Under the pieces are notes generated by a model that did not search any database, was not told the origin of the DNA, and saw only the letters and a list, made by a program, of their open reading frames with translations. A stretch of DNA of 64,000 bases from Blastocatellia bacterium (GTDB taxonomy: Bacteria > Acidobacteriota > Blastocatellia > RBC074): positions 1,583 to 65,582 of the forward strand of contig DATEFT010000635.1 in assembly GCA_035280505.1 (NCBI GenBank), given 5' to 3'. Shown here piece by piece: positions 39,050-46,819 of the stretch (positions are counted from its first letter, which is position 1; each line of letters begins with the position of its first letter). Both the position numbers and the translations under genes were made by a program.

Positions 39050-39934
39050 ATGAACCCGATAATTCGTGACTTGTTGACAGGTTTGATCGATTACGCCGGT
39101 CTGTTCCCGCCGGCCACGCTCGATATGGCTTCGGCGACCCGCAATTTCGCCAAGTATAGCCTGGGGCCCGACGCGCCCTGGCTCGGGCGATTCGTGATCC
39201 CGGTCGAGCGGCTGGGTGAGTACGAACAGGCCGTGAAGGGTCTGGAGAAGAGCGAGCAGCCATGGCGGCTGAGCGCGCTGAGCAGCGTCAAGCTGGAGAG
39301 AGATCTCGGGAAGATCGCCGAGTTCAACGAGCGTCATACGGACGACGGGGTCCTCATCGACACGATCGAGATCAAGGCCATGGGCAGCACGGAGATCGAA
39401 TCGGCGATGGGATCGATCCCCGGCACCCTGACTCCATATTTCGAAATCTCGATGGCCGGCGATCCGATCGACCTGATCAAGGCGATCGCGGCCACCGGCG
39501 CGCGGGCCAAAGTGCGGGCCGGCGGCGTCTCGGTCGAGTCTTTTCCGCCGCCCTTCAATCTGGCCCGGTTCATCAAGAGCTGCGCCGATGAAGACGTCGC
39601 CTTCAAGGCCACGGCGGGACTGCATCACGCGCTGCGCTCGATCAACAAACTGACCGCCGAACCGGAGAGCCCCCGGGCATTGATGCATGGATTTTTGAAT
39701 CTCTTTCTGGCCGCCGCCTTCGCCCAGGTCGGAGTGGAGCGGGAGTGGCTGGTCGAATTGCTCGAAGAGCGATCATTGGAAGCTTTTCAGTTGGAGGAAG
39801 ACAGCGTACACTGGCGCGGACACTTGGTCGTCAGGTCTCACGTGAGAAACTCGCGAAGGCTCTTCGCCGTCGCCTTCGGGTCCTGCTCGTTTGAAGAACC
39901 TGTCGGCGAATTAAGAAAACTCGGGTTGCTGTAA
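39050..39934 (+). CDS. Conserved-looking hypothetical protein embedded between hmgA and fahA
   Basis: 294 aa. 29 nt after the hmgA stop and 17 nt before the fahA start, same strand. I could assign no family motif; notable block KVRAGGVSVESFPPPFNLARFIKSCADEDVAFKATAGLHHAL. Confidence 0.7.
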   Translation: MNPIIRDLLTGLIDYAGLFPPATLDMASATRNFAKYSLGPDAPWLGRFVIPVERLGEYEQAVKGLEKSEQPWRLSALSSVKLERDLGKIAEFNERHTDDGVLIDTIEIKAMGSTEIESAMGSIPGTLTPYFEISMAGDPIDLIKAIAATGARAKVRAGGVSVESFPPPFNLARFIKSCADEDVAFKATAGLHHALRSINKLTAEPESPRALMHGFLNLFLAAAFAQVGVEREWLVELLEERSLEAFQLEEDSVHWRGHLVVRSHVRNSRRLFAVAFGSCSFEEPVGELRKLGLL

Positions 39935-39951
39935 ACATCACGTGCTCAATC

Positions 39952-41280
39952 ATGGCCTATTCGATTAACGAAACTCATGATCCGAATCTGAAAAGCTGGG
40001 TCGAGTCGGCAAACGATCCTACCGGCGATTTTCCCATCCAGAACCTGCCTTTCGGGATCTTCACCCGACCGGAGAGCGAAGAGTTACCCTGCATCGGAGT
40101 GGCGATCGGAGACCAGATTCTGGATCTGGCCGCCGTGGCCGACGAGTTCTGGAGTCTCGACTTTACGGATGACATCGGCGATGCCTGCTCTTACGAATCG
40201 CTGGATATGATGATGACGCTGGAGCCGGAAAGCATGTCGGAGCTTCGCCGGCGGGTCAGCAAGCTGCTGCGTGCCGACAATTTCAGCGATGAGCGTTATA
40301 TCGTCGAAGATTTTCTGATCCCGATGGATGAGGTCGAGATGCTGCTCCCGATCAATATCGGGGACTACACCGACTTTTACGCCTCGATCTTTCACGCCAC
40401 CAACGTCGGCAAGATGTTCCGTCCCGACAATCCGTTGATGCCGAACTACAAATGGGTCCCGATCGGTTATCACGGGCGGGCCTCTTCCGTCATGCTGAGC
40501 GGGACGCCGGTCTACCGGCCCACCGGCCAGACCAAAGACGACCAGGCGGAGACGCCGTCCGTCGGCCCGAGCCGAATGTTGGACTATGAGTTGGAGGTCG
40601 GCATTCTGATCGGCTCCGGCAATCGACCGGGAGCAACGATCCGGATCACGGAGGCTGAAGACCACATCTTCGGGCTCTGCCTGGTCAACGACTGGTCGGC
40701 CCGCGACCTCCAACGATGGGAGTACCAACCCCTGGGACCGTTTCTCTCCAAGAGCTTCGCCACGACGATCTCGCCCTGGATCATTACCATGGAGGCGTTG
40801 GCGCCTTTTCGGGCCCCGGCTTTTAAACGTCCGGCCGGAGACCCGGACCCGCTGCCCTATCTCGATTCGCTGCGGAACCGCGAGCGCGGAGGCTTCGACA
40901 TCAAGCTGGAGGTCTACCTCTCGACGCCGGAGATGCGGAACCGGCACCTGGCGCCGCACCGTCTGACCGGCGACAGCAACACCAAGGATCTCTACTGGAC
41001 CTTCGCCCAGATGGTCACCCACCACGCCGGCAACGGCTGCAACCTGCGGCCGGGCGACCTGATCGCCAGCGGCACCGTCTCGGGCGCGACCAAAGAGAGT
41101 CTGGGCTGCCTGCTGGAGCTGACCCAGCGCGGAACCGAGCCGATCCAACTGCCGACCGGCGAAGTGCGACGTTTTCTGCAGGACGAAGACGAAGTGATCT
41201 TACGCGGTTACTGCGAACGCGACGGATTCAGACGGATCGGTTTCGGCGAATGCCTCGGCCGAATCGGCTTACCAAAGTAG
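39952..41280 (+). CDS. fahA: Fumarylacetoacetase
   Basis: 442 aa. FPIQNLPFGIF N-terminal domain, YTDFYAS, GYHGRASSV, DYELEVG, SARDLQRWEYQPLGPF, GDLIASGTVSG. Confidence 0.92.
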   Translation: MAYSINETHDPNLKSWVESANDPTGDFPIQNLPFGIFTRPESEELPCIGVAIGDQILDLAAVADEFWSLDFTDDIGDACSYESLDMMMTLEPESMSELRRRVSKLLRADNFSDERYIVEDFLIPMDEVEMLLPINIGDYTDFYASIFHATNVGKMFRPDNPLMPNYKWVPIGYHGRASSVMLSGTPVYRPTGQTKDDQAETPSVGPSRMLDYELEVGILIGSGNRPGATIRITEAEDHIFGLCLVNDWSARDLQRWEYQPLGPFLSKSFATTISPWIITMEALAPFRAPAFKRPAGDPDPLPYLDSLRNRERGGFDIKLEVYLSTPEMRNRHLAPHRLTGDSNTKDLYWTFAQMVTHHAGNGCNLRPGDLIASGTVSGATKESLGCLLELTQRGTEPIQLPTGEVRRFLQDEDEVILRGYCERDGFRRIGFGECLGRIGLPK

Positions 41281-41468
41281 CCTGGCTTCAGTTTTAAAGC
41301 CCGGTTGGAAAAATTGGCCTATCTCCCGGCAACCCCACTAAAGCCAGGTTGCACGCGTTCCCCTCGTCGAGACGTAATCCCGGTATACTCGTTGGTGAAG
41401 CGGCCAAGGCCGGATATTTTTCCTGGAATCATCCAGCCTTCGATCACGTCAGACAATTTTTGCTCAGC

Positions 41469-42209
41469 CTATAATCGCCCCTGAAGCAGCGCCGGCAAGA
41501 CCTTGCCGATCTCATCGTTCAGAACTACATCCGCCATGCCGTCGAGCGGCGTCGAGGTGCGGTTGATGATGATCAGCACCGCTCCGATCTGTTTGGCGAT
41601 CACCGGCAGCGAGGCCGCCGGATGCACGACCAGCGACGAACCCACCGCCAGAAAGACGTCACAGTCCGCGCAAGCCGCCAGGGCCAATTGCATGGCCCGC
41701 GCCGGCATGGCCTGACCGAACGAGATCGTGGCCGGTTTGAGCAGCCCGCCGCACAGTTCGCATTCGGGCGCCTCGTCGCCGGCTTCGATCAGCGCGACGG
41801 CGTCGTCCATCGAGATTCGCCGCTGACAATCCAGACACTCAACCTTCGTCGTCGTGCCGTGCAGTTCGATCACATTCTTCTGCCCGGCTTTCTGGTGCAG
41901 CCCATCGATGTTCTGCGTGATCAGGGCCCGCAACCGGCCCTGCCGCTCGATTTCGACAAAGGCCGCGTGACCGGCGTTCGGCTCGGCGTCCCGCATGGGA
42001 GGCCAGATCGCCACTTTCTGCCGCCAGTATTCAATGCGCCCCCCACGGCTGTTCAGGAACTCGTCATATTCGATCGTGCGGTTATTCGCCCAGATTCCCT
42101 GCGGGCTGCGGAAATCGGGAATCCCCGACTCCGTTGAGATACCGGCGCCCGAAAATCCGACGATCCGTTTTGATTGAGCGATAAATTCGACGGCTTCTGA
42201 GAATTTCAT
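41469..42209 (-). CDS. cobB: NAD-dependent protein deacylase (Sir2 family)
   Basis: 246 aa. GAGISTESGIPDFRSPQGIW, QNIDGLH, HG, Zn-module CLDCQRR...CELCGG, VGSSLVVHPA. Confidence 0.88.
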   Translation of the reverse strand: MKFSEAVEFIAQSKRIVGFSGAGISTESGIPDFRSPQGIWANNRTIEYDEFLNSRGGRIEYWRQKVAIWPPMRDAEPNAGHAAFVEIERQGRLRALITQNIDGLHQKAGQKNVIELHGTTTKVECLDCQRRISMDDAVALIEAGDEAPECELCGGLLKPATISFGQAMPARAMQLALAACADCDVFLAVGSSLVVHPAASLPVIAKQIGAVLIIINRTSTPLDGMADVVLNDEIGKVLPALLQGRL

Positions 42210-42315
42210 AACCTGACACTCCCTAAAGATCTGGTCCCTCAGTTGACACTTTTAACTGGCTCTGACAACCTGACCCTGACGCCTGGATAAATTGTCTTAG
42301 CTAGGAGTAGAACTC

Positions 42316-44247
42316 ATGAAAAAAAAACCGGCCCTCATTGGTTTATTCATTTTCTGGTGTTTGTCAACCATGTCTTTTCGAAATACCCTGCCAGCCCATT
42401 CGCAACAAGTTCCACCAACCGAGATCGAGACTCCTGACTCGCGCGATTCGCATTCATATGCCAACCCGGGGCAGGTCCGCGTGCGCCACGTGGATCTCGA
42501 ACTGGAAGTGCAGTTTGAGCGCCGAGTCCTGAAAGGCTCGGCGACCCTCTCGATTGAACGCGCGCCGAATGGCGCCGACCCGCTCCGGCTCGATACCCGT
42601 GATCTGAAGATCGTCAAAGCCGAGGCGTCGAGCGACGGAAATAATTTCACGCCGGCCCAGTTCACTCTCGGCGAGGCGGATAAGATTCTCGGCTCCGCAC
42701 TGACCATTCAACTGCCGGCGAACGCGACCCGGGTCCGAATCGAATACGAGACCAGTCCGCATGCCTCCGGCGTCCAATGGCTCGAACCGGCGCAGACGGC
42801 CGGCAAAAAACATCCGTACGTCTTCACTCAGTCGGAGGCGATTCATGCCCGAAGCTGGATCCCCCTGCAGGATTCGCCCGGCGTGCGCGTCACCTACTCG
42901 GCCCGCATTCTCACGCCGAAAGGATTGCGCGCGGTGATGAGCGCGGAGTCGGTCGCGTTCAAAGGATCGCCGGGTTCGGGTCAAAGCGGTTACGCCTTTA
43001 AGATGGAGCAGGCGATCCCCTCGTACTTGATTGCGCTGGCAGCCGGCGACCTGGCCTACAAATCGCTCGGGCCGCGAACCGGGGTCTACACCGAACCGGC
43101 CATGCTCGAAAAAGCCGCGCACGAACTGGCCGATACCGAAAAGATGGTCGCGGCCACCGAGAAGCTCTACGGTCCTTACCGGTGGGGGCGTTACGACGTC
43201 CTCGTGTTACCGCCCAGTTTCCCGATCGGCGGCATGGAGAACCCGCGGTTGACGTTCGCCACGCCGACCATCCTGGCCGGAGATCGAAGCCTGGTCTCGC
43301 TGATCGCGCATGAACTGGCCCATTCGTGGTCCGGCAACCTGGTCACCAACGCCACCTGGCGCGATTTCTGGCTCAATGAAGGATTCACGACCTATCTCGA
43401 ACGGCGAATCATCGAAGCGATCTACGGCCGTCCACGCGAAGAGATGGAGGCGACGCTCGGACGGCAGACACTGGGCAGAGAGTTAGCCTCGAATGATGCC
43501 CGCGACCAGATTCTGCATATCGACCTCCAGGGCCGCGATCCGGATGATGGTTTCACCGAGATCCCCTATGAGAAGGGCGCGCTCTTCCTGCGGCATCTGG
43601 AAGAGACCTATGGCCGCGAACGTTTCGATCGATTCCTGAAAGGCTACTTCGAGCATTACTCCTTCCAGAGCATCACCACGGCGACCTTTATCGAGTACCT
43701 GCAGAAGAATCTGCTCGATTCCGACGCTCAACTCGCGGCGAAGGTCCCGGTCGAGGAGTGGATCTTCAAACCGGGCCTGCCGCCTGGAGCGCCGCAACCC
43801 AAATCCGACGCTTTCGCCAAAATCGAGGAGCAGGCGCAAGGTTGGCTCGACGGAAAGATTCCGGCGGCCAAGTTGAATACTAAAGACTGGTCAACCCAGC
43901 AATGGCTGCATTTCCTGCGCTTCCTGCCGCAGCAGTTGAATCCGCAGAAGATGCAGGAACTCGACCAGGCTTTCAACCTGACGAAAGCCGGCAACGCCGA
44001 GATCGCCCATCAATGGCTCCTGATCTCGATTCGTAATCAATACCATCCGGCCGATCGGCGCCTCGAAGAGTACCTGACCTCCATCGGCCGGCAAAAACTG
44101 ATCAAGCCGTTGTATGAAGAGCTGGTCAAGACGCCCGAAGGTAAGGAACGGGCCCTGAGCATCTATCAAAAAGCCCGCGCCGGTTATCATCCGATCGCGC
44201 AAACCTCGGTCGACAAGATCGTTAAAGGTAGAACCAGCGGCGACTGA
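42316..44247 (+). CDS. M1-family zinc aminopeptidase (leukotriene A4 hydrolase-like), secreted
   Basis: 643 aa. Signal peptide. GGMENP, HELAHSWSGNLVTNATWRDFWLNEGFTTYLE (HExxH-N18-E), and a Leuk-A4-hydrolase-like C-terminal helical domain. Confidence 0.88.
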   Translation: MKKKPALIGLFIFWCLSTMSFRNTLPAHSQQVPPTEIETPDSRDSHSYANPGQVRVRHVDLELEVQFERRVLKGSATLSIERAPNGADPLRLDTRDLKIVKAEASSDGNNFTPAQFTLGEADKILGSALTIQLPANATRVRIEYETSPHASGVQWLEPAQTAGKKHPYVFTQSEAIHARSWIPLQDSPGVRVTYSARILTPKGLRAVMSAESVAFKGSPGSGQSGYAFKMEQAIPSYLIALAAGDLAYKSLGPRTGVYTEPAMLEKAAHELADTEKMVAATEKLYGPYRWGRYDVLVLPPSFPIGGMENPRLTFATPTILAGDRSLVSLIAHELAHSWSGNLVTNATWRDFWLNEGFTTYLERRIIEAIYGRPREEMEATLGRQTLGRELASNDARDQILHIDLQGRDPDDGFTEIPYEKGALFLRHLEETYGRERFDRFLKGYFEHYSFQSITTATFIEYLQKNLLDSDAQLAAKVPVEEWIFKPGLPPGAPQPKSDAFAKIEEQAQGWLDGKIPAAKLNTKDWSTQQWLHFLRFLPQQLNPQKMQELDQAFNLTKAGNAEIAHQWLLISIRNQYHPADRRLEEYLTSIGRQKLIKPLYEELVKTPEGKERALSIYQKARAGYHPIAQTSVDKIVKGRTSGD

Positions 44248-44259
44248 AGACTTCAGGGT

Positions 44260-44304
44260 TACCAACCGCGAAATCAACACTCTCCGCGTGTTTCGCGGTT
44301 GGTA
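44260..44304. terminator. Family-A hairpin between convergent genes (bidirectional terminator candidate)
   Basis: TACCAACCGCGAAA (44260..44273) pairs with TTTCGCGGTTGGTA (44291..44304): perfect 14-bp stem. Lies 13 nt after the plus-strand stop and 3 nt from the minus-strand stop. Confidence 0.7.
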
Positions 44305-44306
44305 TG

Positions 44307-45350
44307 TCAACCTGGAAGTTCAGCCCTCAACTCGTCGAACTCCCGCCGAAACTCCTGTTCCATCTGCAGTCGGGCCGATTCGGGCAGCAAGCTGGCCCGG
44401 ACGCCATTGAGCACCAATCGCTCGATCATCTCGACCTGGTAGCCGAAGGCCGCGGCAATCCGCAGGTATTCGTCGGTCAGCGTGGTATTGAACAGGGCCG
44501 GGTCGTCGGAGTTGATAGTAACATACAGCCCCGCATCCAGCAGCCGAGGTAAAGGATGCTCCGCCAGGTTCGGAGCAATTCCGAGGCAAACGTTGCTACT
44601 GGGACAGACCTCCAGAGGGACCTGGCGTTCGCGCAAGAGGTGGACGAGGTCCGGATCTTCCAGGCAGCGGACTCCGTGACCGAGGCGCTGGGCCTGCAGG
44701 AAGTCCAGTGCGCCCCGAACGCTCTCGGCGCCCGCCATCTCGCCGGCATGGGGCACGCTCCCCAATCCCGCCCGGAGCGCCCGGGCGAAAGCCTCCTGGA
44801 ACCACTCCGGCGGATGGCCGGCTTCGAGACCGCCGAGTCCGAGAGCGACCACGCCGCGGCTCTTTCCGCTGATCGCCCACTCCGCGACCTGCAACGAATG
44901 TTCGCTCGGGGCTTGGTTTCGGACGATGTCGAAGACCCACCCGACCTCGACGCCCAGTTCGGCCGCGGCCCATTCACGGGCCCGGCTCAAGGACTCCAGT
45001 TGCGTGGCGAAAGGGATCTGCCGGTTCCGGCTGAAATGCGTGTAGGGCGTATAGGTCACTTCGCTATAACAAATCCGTTGGGCGGCCTGCCCTCGCAGAA
45101 ATTCACGGGCGATCAGCTCGATGTCTTCAGGCGTACAGATGCAAGACGAGACCGTCAGATAGATCTCGATGAAGTGAGCGAAGTCGGTGAAGAGGTACCA
45201 TTGGCGCAGGGCCTCCACGGAATCGGCGGGAAGTTTAACGCCGTTACGTTGCGCCAGTTGCAACAAGGTCTCCGGCCCGATCGAGCCTTCCAGATGGACG
45301 TGTAGCTCGACCTTCGGCATGCGGTGAATAAAATCGGTGAGAGGTAACAT
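44307..45350 (-). CDS. add: Adenosine deaminase
   Basis: 347 aa. MPKVELHVHLEGS, HAGE, INSDDPALF. Confidence 0.9.
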   Translation of the reverse strand: MLPLTDFIHRMPKVELHVHLEGSIGPETLLQLAQRNGVKLPADSVEALRQWYLFTDFAHFIEIYLTVSSCICTPEDIELIAREFLRGQAAQRICYSEVTYTPYTHFSRNRQIPFATQLESLSRAREWAAAELGVEVGWVFDIVRNQAPSEHSLQVAEWAISGKSRGVVALGLGGLEAGHPPEWFQEAFARALRAGLGSVPHAGEMAGAESVRGALDFLQAQRLGHGVRCLEDPDLVHLLRERQVPLEVCPSSNVCLGIAPNLAEHPLPRLLDAGLYVTINSDDPALFNTTLTDEYLRIAAAFGYQVEMIERLVLNGVRASLLPESARLQMEQEFRREFDELRAELPG

Positions 45351-45608
45351 CGACCTCGAACTCCTTTTCCTTCGACGTTTGATTCAATCAATAAACATGC
45401 TCAATCCTTAAGCACTTTCAATATTTTTATGAACATATCATAGTGCCGCGAATTCTCTTCCTAACCGGCTAGTGAAAATGCTATTTTATCGTTGCCTGGA
45501 TCTCCCCCAATGATAGCTCACTCTCAGTTGGTTAAGTTCATTGAGCCAGTTCCCCCAACCAGAAAATAAAAAGAAGACTTAAGAAGTAATCGGGAAGGAG
45601 ATTCGTCA

Positions 45609-46226
45609 ATGATTATTTGTCCATCTTGTGGAAGTTCACACATTCGCAACGATTACAAACCGGCCCCGCTGACGCTCCGGATGGTTGGAATACGAGCCCT
45701 GTTATGTGATCACTGCAACCATCAATTCCGCGCCTTCGCTCTGACGCCCCCCAAAAGTCGAGGTTCAGACAAGCCGCCCCATCTCGCCGACGTTTTCACT
45801 CCCGCACCGGTCGTGGATCTGAAGCGAATCAACCAGAATGCCAACGGCCAAAGCCAGAAACAGACCGCCCGAATCATTCTGAACCCGTTCCCGAGAACGA
45901 CGGAGGCCCAGCCGACCGTCACCGGCGAACTGATCATGACGGATCGTCGCGATCTGCGCACTCAGATCACCAAACTGTATGATTACGGCGCCAAGGCCGT
46001 TCCCAGTCATCAGGGATCGAAGCAGGTGATCCCGCTGCATCCGAATGTCCTGTGCCCGGAATGCAATTCGCAGAACGTCCGGCGCCGGCACCGCAACGGA
46101 TTCGAGCGCGCGGTCTTCTCCTTTATCCACTACAAAGCTTTTACGTGTCAGGCCTGCGCCGCCTCGTTCTATGCCAGAATCAGTGAGAATGGAGGAAAAT
46201 CGAGGACGACCAATTTCCCGAGATAG
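45609..46226 (+). CDS. Hypothetical protein with two zinc-ribbon modules
   Basis: 205 aa with GGAAGGAG RBS. CPSCGSSHIRN...CDHCNHQF and CPECNSQNVRRRHR...CQACAASF, separated by a low-complexity linker. Confidence 0.6.
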   Translation: MIICPSCGSSHIRNDYKPAPLTLRMVGIRALLCDHCNHQFRAFALTPPKSRGSDKPPHLADVFTPAPVVDLKRINQNANGQSQKQTARIILNPFPRTTEAQPTVTGELIMTDRRDLRTQITKLYDYGAKAVPSHQGSKQVIPLHPNVLCPECNSQNVRRRHRNGFERAVFSFIHYKAFTCQACAASFYARISENGGKSRTTNFPR

Positions 46227-46231
46227 GGCGT

Positions 46232-46819
46232 TCACTGAGGTTTCTTCCAGAGCGTAAAGAGCATTCTCCGCTCACCGTAGACCAAAACTCCCATGCGCGT
46301 CTGATCAGGCAGACGCGGAAAACTGAGCGTGGCTTCAAAAGCCTGACCCGGACTGAGGCGGATTCGTCCGTCTTGTGGGCCCAGGGTCTGTTCGGCGGCG
46401 AAGCCTCGATCTTTCAACTTATATTGGCGGCAGGCCTCATCGACCAGATAGACGCGCCTCTTCTCATTGATCAACCACCGGCCGCTGCTCATCCGGTAGA
46501 CCGGCAGATCGAAATCGACGGCGCGCCCGGTGGCATAAGCCACGATCCGCACCAGGGTCTCATCCGGCTTGAGCGTGGTCTCGGCCAGGACCAGCTTGAA
46601 GCTCTCTTCGAGATTCTCTTCCGGGCTCTCTTCCCGCAGGCAGGAACCCAGCTTCACCATCGTCTCCTCGACCGACGGCACCCGCGCCTGCTCCGCCTCG
46701 CGAGACGAACATCCAATCAAAAATAGACCGGCCAAAAACAACGAAAGCGCCCGGAAAGGTCGCGATCTTCGCGGCCTTTCGTTATTTGCGGATGTTGCGT
46801 ATTCTCTCTCAGGTCTCAT
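46232..46819 (-). CDS. Hypothetical lipoprotein
   Basis: 195 aa with lipobox-like LFLIGCSS after a basic N-region. No family recognised. The start is uncertain because its ATG shares CATG with the tilS start. Confidence 0.5.
   Translation of the reverse strand: MRPEREYATSANNERPRRSRPFRALSLFLAGLFLIGCSSREAEQARVPSVEETMVKLGSCLREESPEENLEESFKLVLAETTLKPDETLVRIVAYATGRAVDFDLPVYRMSSGRWLINEKRRVYLVDEACRQYKLKDRGFAAEQTLGPQDGRIRLSPGQAFEATLSFPRLPDQTRMGVLVYGERRMLFTLWKKPQ

Noticed and set aside
41281-41348. Long-range inverted repeat CCTGGCTT...AAGCCAGG after fahA, considered as a tRNA or terminator.
   Set aside because: The 8-bp arms are separated by a ~52-nt loop. There is no cloverleaf and no T-run, so the evidence is too weak to call.
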